DNA of 64,000 nucleotides from Macrostomum lignano (GCA_002269645.1 NIVC01001331.1:62001-126000); one strand, 5' to 3'; counted from the first letter of the stretch, positions 24,348-38,184 are shown. A program made the numbers and translations. Notes: generated by a model from the letters alone, not told the origin.

Positions 24348-27300
24348 ACAGAGAGGCATCGCAGCATGTTCTATACAGTTAGTTATTGACAGAGACCCAG
24401 CTTTAAGTAATTCTTACTTCTTCTTCTCTTCAAATTTCTCCTAATGAATATTCTAAAAGCTTTGCTTACTAACCAAGCACTAACAGTCTGTCTATATGCT
24501 TAACAAACCTGCTTAAAAAGCTACCAGGCGTTTTTTCTTCTATAAAATCTATCTAAAAAATTCCTCAGACACTATTCTAGATCTAGGTCAACTAGGATTA
24601 AAGATAGATTTAGCATCCATAATAAAATGGGATTAGCGCACCTAGAGGATTAAGAGTTGACCGAGCCACCCATCATCGAAGTTCGAAGCGCGCAGTTGGT
24701 AATTTTGAATTTTGTGACAAATTTGTTTTTGTTTTATTTTTCTCTCATTTACTAATCTTTGTTAGTTCTGCCGAAATGCCAAACAAGATTTCTATATAGC
24801 CGCCAAATTTAACTTTTGTTTGAGCAATTTAATGACTTTCTAACTGCTGTCCGCTTGCTTTTGTATTTATTTGTTCATTTTATTTATTTATTTTAAAGCA
24901 AATTTTGCTCAGTCTTTCTTGTCAATTCGGTGCTGAAAGTTGATTTATTAATTACTCGATTTGTTCTGCTGGCAGTGTGGTAAAATATGCCTGCTAGGCT
25001 CTGGTGTCCTGTGTGTCAGTCTCACTTCTGTCCCTCTAATTTCTAATTGACTTACTTTTACACTTCTGCTAAACCGTGTGAAAAATTCTGTTCCAGCACA
25101 GCGTGCTATTCATAAATTACAAATGATTTTCACACGGAAATTAGCAGATTTTTATTTTATAAAGTTTACAGCAATAGCTAGTCAGTCTCTTTCTCCGGAG
25201 GGCTAGCAAGACTCTCCCAGGTTGGATTTTAGGGGCTGGCGTCAGTTTGGTTTGGCTGTGCCTCCCATTCCTGCAGCATTTTCCAGCCGAAGTTGACCTT
25301 TTGCGCCAACATGCCACGCGCAGCAGCCTGTGTAAATGTCGAGAGTTCTGGTAAAGGGGAGAGGGCGGTAGCTAGGTAGAAATACTGCCAGGTTTAACTT
25401 ATAGGTTAGTTTAATTCTATCAGAAAAAAATTGTCTTTTCCTATATAGTCGCAGATCCTATGGATAAAGATGAGAGAGGGAATATAGAGGACAGAAGAGG
25501 AAAGACGTAAGATTAGAGATTAAAGTAGAGAAAAGAACTGAGAAGAGACGCAAACTTTGAGCGGGCCGTAGGATATAGTTTAGCTTCACTATATAGAGCT
25601 ATCCGCCTGTTCAATGATCCCTACGCCAATTTGTCCTTGAGCCTGGCTTGCGGCTACAAAAATCTTTGCCGAGGGGGGTGGGGCTTCAGCTTAGGCTTTT
25701 TTCACATCCCCTTTTCTTCCTCCTCATGCATCAGTTTCCCCGTTGAATTCCTTCTCACTCATCATCCGGCTCTGCCTATAAGCATTTTATTATTCTTAGT
25801 TCTCAGTCTCTCTCCCTCTCTCTCGCAGTTTTCTATAGTTGCAAAATGAGCCTTTAATTTCTCCATTTCCTTTCAACTATAAGCCTTCTTTCCCAATCGC
25901 CATAGTCTCAGTCTGCCTACTTCCTCATCGCAAAAAAGTAGAGAGAGGCACCAACCTCCCCACCCACCCCTCGGGCTGTGCTGTCGCTTCAATGCCGCGC
26001 ACACTATGAAATCGATGCGATCCCCTCTCTCTCGAGCAGCGGAGCCTCAGAGAAGGGAGAAGAGTGTGTGCGCATGTGTGTGTGTGTGTGGCCTACATCG
26101 AGCCAGTTATATTTTTTGGCTTAAAAAAGACGGGTTGGCTTGCGGCTTTCAAAGAAAACCTGCGCGTTAGCCTTTTTCTTCTTCTATATACTACAGCTAC
26201 TACTTTCTCTTTCCCGCTGCTCGGCTTTCATACTTACTGCCTTACTCCCTCGTGGGATTCTTTTTGTCCGTTGCAGGCTCGCCCTCTCCTCCACTCTCCT
26301 CCCCTTTTCATCAGCTACTCCTCTGCTGCACTTCTCTCTTGCCCATTAAATCCGGCGGCGTGTACATTGCCGGCAGCGCTGCGCGGTTGTATAGGGGAAA
26401 AGAGGAGGAGGAGGAGACGGGGAACAGAGGGGGGGGGGTATCGGCAGAGATGGAATGAGGTGGAAGGGCGAAGCTTGGAGGAATCGGCTTTTCGTTAAGC
26501 CCACGGCTACAGCCACCTAAGCCCGCATCTCTCGTTTTGGGGTCGGGGAGAAATGGCCGGGGAGTCTGATGCGTTGTCATGACGGCTCCCGAGGTTAAGG
26601 GATAGGTGGGTAGGCAGGCCCAGCGCCTGCAGTTGTCGTCCGCCCACTCGCACACAAAGCCAGCCAGCCATGGGTCCGGTGTCGGATTGCCCGTAGGGAC
26701 ATTCAAAACCTCCCTTCTCTTCCTACTCCTCTTACATAGGCGAGCCGCGCGTCGCAGGAAACTCTCTTGCTTCCAGGCGCGCATCCATAGCTGTAGCGTT
26801 GTAACTTTTTTTTGCCTACACATCTACATGCAGTTTCTACGCAATCGTGCGCGCAATAAAGGCAGCATAGGATTGAGGAGCGGTAGTGTGCATCTTAGCT
26901 AGCCAGTGTGTATCTTTTCTGTCCAGTGCCGGATCGGTAAATCTACGCATTTAAGAAATAATATCGCATTGCGGGCATTCTTATCTTTTAGCTCAGGCCC
27001 AGTTAGCTGGTTTCAGCATTCCCTATGTATTTGAGGAAGAAACAAGTCGGAGAGTGCAATAATGGGACTTCTCAGGGGAGAGTTAATGAAAAAGTCATGC
27101 CACGGCCGCTTGGAGAGCTGGCGGCCTGCCCTGTGTATATTGGAACAGGCCTGAGTAATAGGAGCTATAGTCCGTTTGCATATGGGTGGCTAGTGGGGTG
27201 GGTAAATGCTGGGGGCGTGTAAATATTTAATGCTAGCATTTTTGTTAGGCCATCCAAGCTCTTTCTGGTGAATTGGTTTAGCTATATACTAAGCTACTAA

Positions 27301-29336
27301 GCGAGATGAAACGAAAGATGCTTTTTAGAGCAGTCATCTGCATCAAAATTGGACCGGGAACACCGCCTAAGCTGCTGCTATAACTGCATTTTCGATTTAT
27401 AGTTTGCATAGTAGTTGGCGCGTTTGACTTGTAGGTTTACTTGCGCTCCATGCATGACAGTTTGCTTTTGGAGTAAGCACTTAGTTGTCATGGGTAGCGG
27501 ACTTCCTCTTAACGATGCAGTTGGGGGGGGGGGGGCAAGTCCAACACACTTGATGGTTCTATATGCATGCAGTAAGGCTAAACACATGGTACGAATGCGA
27601 ACTATTTTATGTTTGTGTAAGCGGCCTAGGTTAGACGCAAAAAGGCTGACAAAAAAGGCTGGAGTGCTGCGCTAACAACGCTCCGCATATAAGTGCGTTT
27701 ATGTATTAAATAGTTATTTAAAAATCGGCCATAACTGCACTGAGCAGTGAGCACACTTGCTCAGATGAATCGGTTTTATCTGCTACTCTGCAACAATATA
27801 TAATGATAGATTGGTCTGTCTGTTTCGATTCAACTCGTCCCAATTCGAGTCCTCAATCTAATGCAGAAGGCTAGCCTACCCTGGCCGCTGTTCTAATATG
27901 CAAAAAAGCAATTACTGCCAGTCCCCGCGGGCCTCCTGTATTGGCCCCTCCTATAATGGCTAGTTGGGCCTTGCGTGAAGGGAAATAGGGCTAGGCCGGC
28001 CTAGTGCTCTGGTTGGCAACTGCTGGCTATTATAGGATGGGCAATGCGAGGAAAGAGAGATGGAGAAGATTTCCACCGTGCCGCTTTCGGCCGAGGATTT
28101 GGGCTATCGAGGCCCGGAGAGAGATGGGAGGTTATAAAAAAGGATGGGGCTAAGGGGAAGCGGCGAGAAAATAAAATTATTCCCTCCCCTCTTTCCCCTC
28201 TATAGCTCTCTTCCTAATTTTCAATGCCCTCTACCCAACGATGGGGGGAGATGGGGATGGCTGGAGAGGCTGCTCCTGCTGCACTTTAAGAGCTCAAACT
28301 CATTCCCTCTGTGCCCAGTCTGGCCTCAAATTTCTAGGCTGTCGTGCGTTCTCTGTCTCTCGCCCTTATCTATCTTCATCATCCCTCCATCTAGCCCCTC
28401 TTTCCCAGGCCTTGCTCCCATCGGGGGCTATAGGATTAGGAAGGCTTGAGATGCTGCCGCCACCGCCTCCTCCTCTTTCTCGTGTTCCGCGCCTTGTCAC
28501 ATGCCAGCACCATCCGTGCCCCGCGCTATTGCTCTCTCTCTCTCTCTCCATCTCTCTCTCTCTTCTTTTTTCCTCATCGCGCCCATCAGTCCCATTCCAA
28601 TCGCTCTTTGGCTTTGCTAATCCATTCCAAGTCCTTCAGGCCGCCCATCCTCCTATCTCTGTCCTGCGTGATGTTTTCAATGGAGTATAGCCGTCATGCC
28701 GATAGAAATCATGCCCCTAACCCACTGCCTCTGTTTAGATTCACCCCAGGGCTAAGAAGGGCAGGCAGAGAGCGGATAGAGGGGGAGGGGGGCGCATCTT
28801 TTGAGAGCGGCAGTCTGTTTGACTTTTAACTTATCGATCTGATGAAGCGTTTTGGAGCGATGCTGATCCAAATCCCGCACGGTTCTGTTTGCTCTTTGAA
28901 CTTGAGAGGGAGATGCCGATGCCGCCTCTAGCCGATTGAGTATTTGGGACAAAAGTTTAGAATTGCCAGGCATTCACTCTATTGCCATTCTCTGAAATCT
29001 TCCATCTGAATTGGCTGGCTGGCTAAATTATTTAATTTCCTCTCCATGCTTGTTTTGGCTTAACGAAATTTCCTATTCTTGTCCTTTGTTATGAATAACT
29101 CAAAAAAACTGGTTGGTAGTCAGCCAGTACTGATCCAGTAGAGCCGTTATGCTGAATTTTGTTGCATTAATTAATTCTAATGCAAAATTACAATTTTTCT
29201 GCTAATCGCACGGCAAATGCGGGTCATTTTCCGGCTAAAACTTCAATTTTGTCTAGTCTGAAAATTGAAATCATTTATAATGCTGAGGTTGTCATTAGCA
29301 GCGTGATAAGAATTTGTGTTTTTTGGATTTTTTCAG

Positions 29337-29365
29337 AATTCGTCACTATGATGACCACCAAGTAA
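29337..29365 (+). CDS. CaM: Calmodulin alternative last exon 3b (EFVTMMTTK*)
   Basis: Acceptor ggattttttcag; phase-1 compatible; TAA at 29363-29365. Confidence 0.88.
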
Positions 29366-31417
29366 GGGTTGGACTGTGGCGCACCCTCGGCCGTTGATAG
29401 CACCCGTCAATTGAAGATCTTAGCAGTGCATTGTGAACACTTGCCGTCACTACAGCCACCACCAACACCACCCAATCTAGCGGCGAGTTTTGCTAATGTT
29501 AAAAAGTGCAGCATGTACTGTTTCTACCTAGGTTTTTATATCTTCTATTGATCTATTTCCCTCTGTTTTCTCGATTATAAACAGTTGAGCTCTGAGTAAA
29601 GTGATATACAATTTGCATAGTAACAATGTGCACCCAGCCACTAACCCCAACTAAGACAACCTGAGTGTTAATCTGTACAGTTAAGATTCGCTGTCTCTTG
29701 GCTCCGTCTGTCCAGCGTCTGTCCTCCATAGACTAAAAAGTGCAAGCGCAAATAGACTACTGCCGCAAACAGTTAGTAGTAGGTGTATTTAAAAGAAAGT
29801 GATTTTTGAAGAAGAAATGAAAATAATAGAAGATGCAACTGGATGAGCCTACAGCTGTCTGTATTGTCTGCTATTTGTATTCTGTCTGTCATTTTATCTA
29901 TATCTTTATCTTTTCCTTTCTGTGTCCCTAAATTTTAACTACTTACTATCAACTTAAATTAACAAAAATAGGCAAAATGCGCAGTGAATTTTCCTATGGT
30001 ATTACTTACTCGCCTGGTCTGCAAAAAAGTAGCATATAGCGAACAAATTGCGGGACGAATTTTCGCTATTTCGCTTTTTGGCTCGCATTTTTTGATGTGG
30101 CGCCGGAAGCGTATCTTTAATATTTTTAATATGCACTTTTATTATTTATATTAATAATTTATGCTTTATTCTGTATCTTATTATAGTTATTCGATAAGAG
30201 TTTTTTCCATCTATTTATTATTAATGATAATACTTACTAATATATTAATAGCAATACCCCCTAAGCATTGTTCTCTCTCTCCCTCCCCAATCTCAGTCAT
30301 CTGTGCAACTATCTAAGCGCTTATTTAATTGTGTAAAAGTGCAAATGCTTACATTTCCGTCTGTTCTCTCTATTCTATATATACACATGGCAATAATATG
30401 CTAACAGTTTAATTGTTATTACTATGTCTAAATACTGTACGCAAGCAAGGCGACATGCGGGCACCCGGACATTCCTCTCTTTGTTGCTGCCATTTGCACT
30501 GACTCCAATTCAATAGCGATAGCGTTAGCATATGTTATAAGTCAGGTTTGAAGTCCCCGCTTTTTTAATATGTCATCTTTAGCCCCTCCCCCCCCCGACT
30601 CAAAGAAGCAATACGATACAGGTATATTAATTACAGACTTGAAGCAGTTTTCCTTCAAACATTTGCTATTATTTTTTTCTGCGCTAATTCGCTTTACTCC
30701 GGCTTGTCACCTGACGTGCAATGCACCGACTTATATTATATAATCATTTACTAAATGATTAATTACTGCTATTAATCTGTTTCAGCTTCTCTGCCTCATT
30801 GTCTAGCAATTTTAACATATATATTATTTCTATTAGGCCTGATCCCCGAGCCTTATCTATCGCTTGCTAATAATGTCCTCGGTTAAGTCAAATTTGCCCC
30901 CCCCCTATACGAGTACTCGGCAAGCACCAGCAGCACTAGCACAGTTAAAGCAAAAATATGCACTCAGCGACCGATTGACTGCTCTAGTGTCTTTTCCTCG
31001 CTCTCTCTCTCTTGTTCTCTTTTATCTAAAAAGTTAATTTATTATTGGTCTAAAAGAATCATAAAAACAAAACAGTTTCTTCTGTTCTGCCTAAAATTAA
31101 ATATTGCTTCTTTTAGTATTGTTTTGACTTTGACTTATTTTTTTGCATAGCTTATTGCAAGCTAGTAAGTAGAGCTTGAGAACAAGCAAATTAATCTTCT
31201 CAAATGAATCTAATAATATAAGTAAAATGCACGAGTTGAGCGATTAGATCCTTCGAGCACACATTTAAGCTTGTGTGCACAGATTCTATAGCATTTTGCA
31301 GTCTAGTTTGAACCAGAGAATATCTAGCTAAATATCGAATGCGGGATCTACTTTTGAGCCATAAACTATGACAGCTTGAGTTTGCAACTCTGGCGCCTGC
31401 CAAATCTCCAGTAACGT

Positions 31418-31928
31418 CAGTATTGGTTTTGTCAGCCTAACTGAAAATAAAGCCATCCAAAGTGAGAATCCTGCCTACGCTGACTGCGAAGGGCCTGGCT
31501 GCGTGCAGCCTTAGTCTATGGGCCATAGACTATAAAGGATAAGCAAAGTGATAAAAAGCCATCCAATGTGAGAATCGATTGGTCTATGCGTCGTATTCTT
31601 TTATTTTTATACCTTCTGAGCCATATGACTAGCCAATAACTTAAACGGAATAACGGAAACAGGAACACACTGGATGATACAGTACAGTAAAGTAAAGAGT
31701 TAAATAGCCGTCCCTCAATGCACTGCCCAAAGAGTCGTCTGCTAGGCCCTTCGTATTCAGCGTAGGCAGGATTCTCACATTGGATGGCTTTTTATCACTT
31801 TGCTTGTCCTTTATTGTCTATGGCCCATAGACTAAGGCTGCACGCAGCCAGGCCCTTCGCAGTCAGCGTAGGCAGGATTCTCACTTTGGATGGCTTCATT
31901 CTCAGTTAGGCTGACAAAACCAATACTG
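31418..31928. mobile_element. Foldback/MITE-like element: 159-bp inverted arms around a ~190-bp spacer
   Basis: Arms 31418-31576 and 31770-31928 differ at about 4 positions by eye; each contains the palindrome gtctatgg(g/c)ccatagac. Confidence 0.8.
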
Positions 31929-32019
31929 AAAGCCCTTTGATGAAGCATCCAATGGAATCACTCATCCATAGTAAAAGCTGCATGAGCTTTAGCATTCTAT
32001 ATTTAGCTCGCTCGAACAG

Positions 32020-32300
32020 CAGGTTGGTGCGGCACACGCTGGCCTGCTGCGCGCCGCCTTCAAGATCGGCTTCGAGCTGAGTACTCTATCGCCGCACCTG
32101 TCTGTCCCGTCCCAGCGAACTGTTGCGACTCCAGCTGACAGGTCATATCATCCGTGCCGAGTCCTACTGCCCGTGTACGAGGTGCTGTTGCTGACGTTTT
32201 AGGCGTGGACAGTTACGCACCCGACTGCCTGCTGGCTGATGCTGGCGCTCCGGACACTGCCGGCGGTGCGGCCTCCGTTCGCGACCTGTGACGTCTTTGC
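32020..32300 (+). mobile_element. Degenerate 3' fragment of an RTE-like non-LTR retrotransposon
   Basis: Frameshifted peptides LLRAAFKIG / LYRRTCLSRPSELLRLQLTGHIIRAESYCP / EVLLLT / DCLLADAGAPD. The RLxLxGH motif is typical of the post-RT C-terminus of RTE-clade ORFs (recognised from memory, no search run). Confidence 0.6.
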
Positions 32301-33399
32301 CTCTATTGACTCGCTTGACTGGCTGACAACGTATTTTGTTGCATTTTTGTACTGAGTTGCAAGCATACTGGGGGGATTTCATAACGCCTTCACAAGACCG
32401 AAATTTCACATCGTAGAAAACTCAATATAACAAAGACCATGTAGATTTTTCGGCGTTATGCAATTTCGGCGTTGAAAACGACCTGTGTACTTGTATGCGC
32501 TAGTCGCTAGAGCGCAGGTTGCTACATGTATATTGTACAGCACGTATGTGCTTTTCACTCACTCTCTGTCTCTATCTTTTATACCAGGTATGTAACAATC
32601 GCATCACATTTAACTTGCGTATCGATCTAATAAACGTCAAGAGGCTTTTCGTCAACTCACAGTTGAAAAAGTAAAAAGCGAAGAATAATGAAACCTATAT
32701 TTTCATAAGCACCAGAAAGGAGGAAAGGGTTTTGCATACTTTCAGACTTTAGAAATTTAACAAAATCGTTTCCCGAAATTGTCTAACAAAATCTGTTGTG
32801 ATCTCTGTCCTCTACTATTCTGTGCAGCACAAGTCCCTACCACTCGCATAGCGTGATGTCCAGAGGTAGATTGTCGAGTTCCAGTTCCACTGCTTGATGG
32901 CTGCCTTCAGACAAGAGCTTCCGGGTTTTTTGCTTCCGGGACATTGGCATTGTGTCCTAGGTACTTTAACGTATATGTACTGTATAAGCTGTTTTAACTT
33001 CCAGAGTACGACTCAGTTGCTTTGCTCGCGTCCATTCCATCAAACTGATCCCGTAAAATGCGCTCATTCAAAGTCAAGAGAGGATTCTGGTTCAGTGCTG
33101 TCAACAGCGCCTGCACATGTTCCAAATGCCACCTTCGATGATTGATCACGGCCACGTTGCAGCCAGTAATTTCATACCGTCATCGAATACTCGCAACAGT
33201 CTTTGCCTTGACATTCGGCCAACGCGAAAAATGCTTCCGTTGTTATTGCTGGACGATTTGACACGGCTCTTACCATAGACAACTGGCATAGACGACGCGA
33301 ATGCATGCGCGTTTTCATATTGGATTCTTTTGCTTGTTTGTAAGCTCTACTTACTAGCTGGCAAATTGCTAGACTAGGAAATTCGCTGATGGAACTTAG

Positions 33400-33970
33400 C
33401 ACATCCCAGCCCACCTCATCCCAATTCCCACTCAGCCCATCACATCCCAATCTATCCTATCCCATCCCATTCTATCCTATCCCATCCCATTCTATCCTAT
33501 CCCATCCCATTCTATCCTATCCCATCCCATTCTATCTGACCCCATCCCATTCTATCTTATCCCACCCCATTCTATCCTTTACCATCCCATTCTATCCTAT
33601 CCCATTTTATCCCATCCCATCCTATTCTTTCCTATCCCATCCCATCCCATTCTATTCTATTCTATCCCATCCTATCCCATTATATCCCATCCCATTCTAT
33701 CCCATCCCATTCTATCCCATACCATTCTATCCCATCCTATTCTATCCTATCCCATCCCATTCTGTTCTATCCCATCCAATTCTTTCCTATCCATCCCATT
33801 CTATCCTATCCCATTCTATCCCATCCCATCCCATTCTATTCCATCCCATCCTATTCTTTCATATTCCATCCCATCCTATTCTTTCATATCCCATCCCATT
33901 CTATTATATCCCATCCCATTCTTTCATATCCCATCCCATTCTATCTCACCCCACCCACCCCATCCCACCC
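33400..33970. repeat. Low-complexity (atccc/ttcta) pentamer microsatellite
   Basis: Seen directly. Confidence 0.95.
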
Positions 33971-34529
33971 CAGCATGCGATATCTGGCCTCAGGTCTCAG
34001 TGTGGCTGTTTCAAAGTCACTATCGACGTGTAAATAAAAACTCTGCACAAACCCATAGTGCAACAGATGTATGCCGTAATTTGGGTAAATAGTGTTCATT
34101 ATTATAAATCACCAGTGAACATCTTTTTTGGCCTCGTTAAAATTTATTAATGCTCATACATAGGTGCAGGCACAAGTTTATAAAATCATTTTATATAAGA
34201 TTCACTCCAGCTGCAGCAGCACAAGTGCGGCCAGCGTGTCCTGTGCAGTTGAGAATTTTACAGATATTACTACTAATTACTACTAACATCATAAAGGCAC
34301 GTATAGTAGCAAAACTTTCACTTTTTGTGGCCAAACATTTTAATAATTACAAAAGCAACATTTATAAGTGTATGATTCCTTTCTGAACAGTAGGTTAACA
34401 TATAGTAGAAAAGAGATAATCGAGAGCAAAGGCACTACACAGCTAAAAAGCACTCGATGATGTATTGAATTAACGGAAACTTGAAGGCAGTCACGTCCGA
34501 ATCCAGGAAAGAGTTGACAGGCCGATGCG

Positions 34530-34576
34530 GGAAACTACACGAGAGCCAGACGCGTTTACCGCTGAGCTGCCCTGCC
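34530..34576 (-). mobile_element. Possible tRNA-like SINE head remnant
   Basis: Minus strand gcagctcagcggtaaacgcgtctggctctcg has an A-box-like motif and resembles gcgtctgaatctcg at ~59779; no B box. Confidence 0.3.
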
Positions 34577-35062
34577 ACTCTGCTTCAACTTTGGTCTTCA
34601 GATTAAAGTTTTAGTTTTCCTAATTTTTTAATTGTCCACTTGCTAAGCCAGTAGTAAGTAACTGGTTAAACACAACCTAGTGAGCCACTTTAATCAATGC
34701 AGAAGAAGAAATTAACATCAAACACAGCGAATAAATCTAGCTTTAAATCGTCATTTAAACAGACAGCAACACAATTAGTGGAAGCAATTAAATGCTGAGC
34801 ATTACAGCGCATCAACTATCAGCAATGTTTCCCCAGTTAGTTAATGGACTGAAACAGAACCTAAGGATAAAAAACAACTGGAGTAAAGATACAGAGATGG
34901 TGACAGACAATATATCAGAGCTTGATTGATTTATGAATCAGCTGCATTTTGATTAGCTGTGGTAACATTTTGTATGGGCAATAAAAATGCTGCCAAAATG
35001 CCTTACATATAACCCAACAACCCAATCTGAGAAAAAGACGTTTCTAAGCATGGATGGCCCTG

Positions 35063-36040
35063 ACAGATCTGTTCTAACCGTCTGACAGCTTTGGTCTGAC
35101 TGTCTGACAGATCTGTTCTAACCGTCTGACAGCTTTGGTCTGACTGTCTGACAGATCTGTTCTAACCGTCTGACAGCTTTGGTCTGACTGTCTGACAGAT
35201 CTGTTCTAACCGTCTGACAGCTTTGGTCTGACTGTCTGACAGATCTGTTCTAACCGTCTGACAGCTTTGGTCTGACTGTCTGACAGATCTGTTCTAACCG
35301 TCTGACAGCTTTGGTCTGACTGTCTGACAGTTCTGTTCTAACCGTCTGACAGCTTTGGTCTGACTGTCTGACAGATCTGTTCTAACCGTCTGACAGCTTT
35401 GGTCTGACTGTCTGACAGATCTGTTCTAACCGTCTGACAGCTTTGGTCTGACTGTCTGACAGATCTGTTCTAACCGTCTGACAGCTTTGGTCTGACTGTC
35501 TGACAGTTCTGTTCTAACCGTCTGACAGCTTTGGTCTGACTGTCTGACAGATCTGTTCTAACCGTCTGACAGCTTTGGTCTGACTGTCTGACAGATCTGT
35601 TCTAACCTTCTGACAGCTTTGGTCTGACTGTCTGACAGTTTTGTTCTAACCTTCTGACAGCTTCGGTCTGACTATCTGACAGTTCTGTTCTAACTTTCTG
35701 ACAGCTTTGGTCTGACTATCTGACAGCTTTGGTCTGACTATCTGACAGTTCTGCTCTAACCGTCTGACAGCTTTGGTCGGACTGTCTGACAGCTCTGCTC
35801 TAACCTTCTGACAGCTTTGGTCGGACTGTCTGATAGATCTGTTCTAACCGTCTGACAGCTTTGGTCTGACTGTCTGACAGATCTGCTCTAACCTTCTGAC
35901 AGCTTTGGTCTGACTGTCTGACAGTTCTGTTCTAACCGTCTGACAGCTTTGGTCTGACTGTCTGACAGTTCTGTTCTAACCGTCTGACAGCTTTGGTCTA
36001 ACTATCTGACAGTTCTGTTCTAACTTTCTGACAGCTTTCA
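35063..36040. repeat. 44-bp tandem array (ctgacagatctgttctaaccgtctgacagctttggtctgactgt), ~22 copies
   Basis: 44-bp periodicity seen directly; it begins ~20 nt past the GalNAc-T stop codon. Confidence 0.97.
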
Positions 36041-36060
36041 ACCACAAACATCCAACCCGG

Positions 36061-36561
36061 CTACCCCTTGCCAGCTTGCCGCTGCCATTTCCACTGCTGC
36101 CGGAGGTTGCCAGGCCGGCAGGCGGTCACCAGTAAGCCGGCATTGTCGGCGGCCGCCTCAAGGCACATACGGCGCAGCACGTGATAGATAGTGCCATCAG
36201 GCCTGTACAGCCACTCCTGGTTGCCGCGGCCGCCGTGGCAATTGTACACGATGACGCCGCTGCCCGGATAGTCGATGCAGCCTTCGTCGCGTCGAATTTC
36301 GCCCAGCTTAGACAGCATCCAGAACTGGTTGCCGCCCTGGCCGTGGCATTGCCACAGTTTCACGGCAGTCTGCCCAGTCTCTCTGTGACTAACTGGCGCG
36401 TCGATGCAGTAGGGCCCGGCCGCGCTTCGGATGGCGCCTTTGGCGAGCGCGTGGCGCGGCAGGAACAGTTCGGGATAGACGGTGTCCAGGTACCATTGGA
36501 AACTGCGACAGCCCAGCCGTTGGCGGAGGGCTTTGCGCTCGGAGACGTCGCCGAATTCACC
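36061..36561 (-). CDS. GALNT: Polypeptide GalNAc-transferase exon 5 (ricin-B lectin domain)
   Basis: [25 protein letters not shown]...[10 protein letters not shown]...[10 protein letters not shown]...QQW; acceptor cttcccag; 167 codons including the stop. Confidence 0.95.
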   Translation of the reverse strand, partial: GEFGDVSERKALRQRLGCRSFQWYLDTVYPELFLPRHALAKGAIRSAAGPYCIDAPVSHRETGQTAVKLWQCHGQGGNQFWMLSKLGEIRRDEGCIDYPGSGVIVYNCHGGRGNQEWLYRPDGTIYHVLRRMCLEAAADNAGLLVTACRPGNLRQQWKWQRQAGKG

Positions 36562-36834
36562 CTGGGAAGTGTAGTTTGGCAGGGGTTACTACTGACAGTA
36601 GGCTAAAGAGAAAATGCTGTGGCTTCTTCAAAATCCATTAAAAAATATAACCTTTAAGATTTATAAAACATTCTAGCCTCTTAAATTTAATCTATAGTGA
36701 CCTCTAAAATTCTCCTCAATTCATCATTTTCATTCCCATCATTCTCCATTACTCTCCCCATTAGTCCCATGCCATTGTCCTCTCCATCGTCTCCTCTAGC
36801 TACCATTTCACCATTTCAATCTCCGTTTGGTCCG

Positions 36835-37700
36835 ACTTTGCATCGCTTCGTTTACCCCTTCACCCTCCTCTACCCCTTCACCCTACTTCTCTACCCCTTC
36901 AACTTACTTCTCTACCCCTTCACCTTACTTCTCTACCCCTTCAACCTACTTCTCTACCCCTTTACCCTACTTCTCTACCCCTTCACCCTCCTCCTCTACC
37001 CTTCACCCTACTTCTCTACCCCTTCACCTTACTTCTCTACCCCTTCACCTTACTTCTCTACCCCTTTACCCTACTTCTCTACCCCTTCACCCTCCTCTAC
37101 CCCTTCACCCTACTTCTCTACCCCTTCAACCTACTTCTCTACCCCTTTACCCTACTTCTCTACCCCTTCACCCTCCTCCTCTACCCTTCACCCTCCTCCT
37201 CTACCCTTCACCCTCCTCCTCTACCCTTCACCCTCCTCCTCTACCCTTCACCCTCCTCCTCTACCCTTCACCCTCCTCCTCTACCCTTCACCCTCCTCCT
37301 CTACCCTTCACCCTCCTCCTCTACCCTTCACCCTCCTCCTCTACCCTTCACCCTCCTCCTCTACCCTTCACCCTCCTCCTCTACCCTTCACCCTACTTCT
37401 CTACCCCTTCACCTTACATCTCTACCCCTTCAACCTACTTCTCTACCCCTTTACCCTACTTCTCTACCCCTTCACCCTCCTCTACCCCTTCACCCTACTT
37501 CTCTACCCCTTCAACCTACTTCTCTACCCCTTTACCCTACTTCTCTACCCCTTCACCCTCCTCCTCTACCCTTCACCCTCCTCCTCTATCCTTCACCCTC
37601 CTCGTCTACCCTTCACCCTCCTCCTCTATCCTTCACTCTCTCCCCTATCCCTTCACCCTCCTCCTCTATCCTTCACTCTCTCCCCTATCCCTTCACCCTA
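36835..37700. repeat. Pyrimidine-rich ~21-bp minisatellite (ctctacccttcaccctcctc) in GalNAc-T intron 4
   Basis: Seen directly. Confidence 0.95.
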
Positions 37701-37737
37701 CTCAACCGCACCACCCCGCCCCTCTTCCGCCTCTCAC

Positions 37738-38184
37738 CTTGCCCCCAACCCGCTCATAGTACAGCTTGCCGTAGTCGTCCATCCACACTTCGGCCAGTCG
37801 CACGGAGTTCTTCTTGAGCACGTTGCCCCGGCCCCAGGAATAGGGCGATCGTTTCCTAAACACGTGGCCAACAATGGAGCAGGGCACAATCTCTAGCGTG
37901 CCGCCGCACATCCAAATTTTAAAGCTAATCTCCAGATTCTCGCCGCCCCAGATATCGAAGCCGGGATCGTAGCTGCCCAGGTGGGCAAAATAGCGCCTGT
38001 CTATGGCAAACAGGCCGCCAGCCATGGTGGGGCTGGGCACCGGGTCGATGCGGCTGGCCCGCTGGTTGCGGACCCGGTCGGGCAGGACGTGCCAATTGAA
38101 TTGCAGATTCCAATCGAAACCGCCCACGCTGACCGAGTCCAGGTTGGTGGTTGAGGACATTGCGAAGGTGTCGTCATTTATCAC
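37738..38184 (-). CDS. GALNT: Polypeptide GalNAc-transferase exon 4 (Gal/GalNAc-T motif)
   Basis: [11 protein letters not shown]...[13 protein letters not shown]...[17 protein letters not shown]...[11 protein letters not shown]...RLAEVWMD; cag|GTG acceptor and AAG|gtgaga donor. Confidence 0.97.

Noticed and set aside
25065-25095. Resemblance of ccgtgtgaaaaattc to miR-36-family sequence
   Set aside because: The CACCGG seed is absent; the similarity is short and probably chance.
25860-28980. Many 60-170-aa ORFs between the CaM last exons
   Set aside because: Low-complexity CT/GA-rich intronic sequence without coding bias or homology cues.
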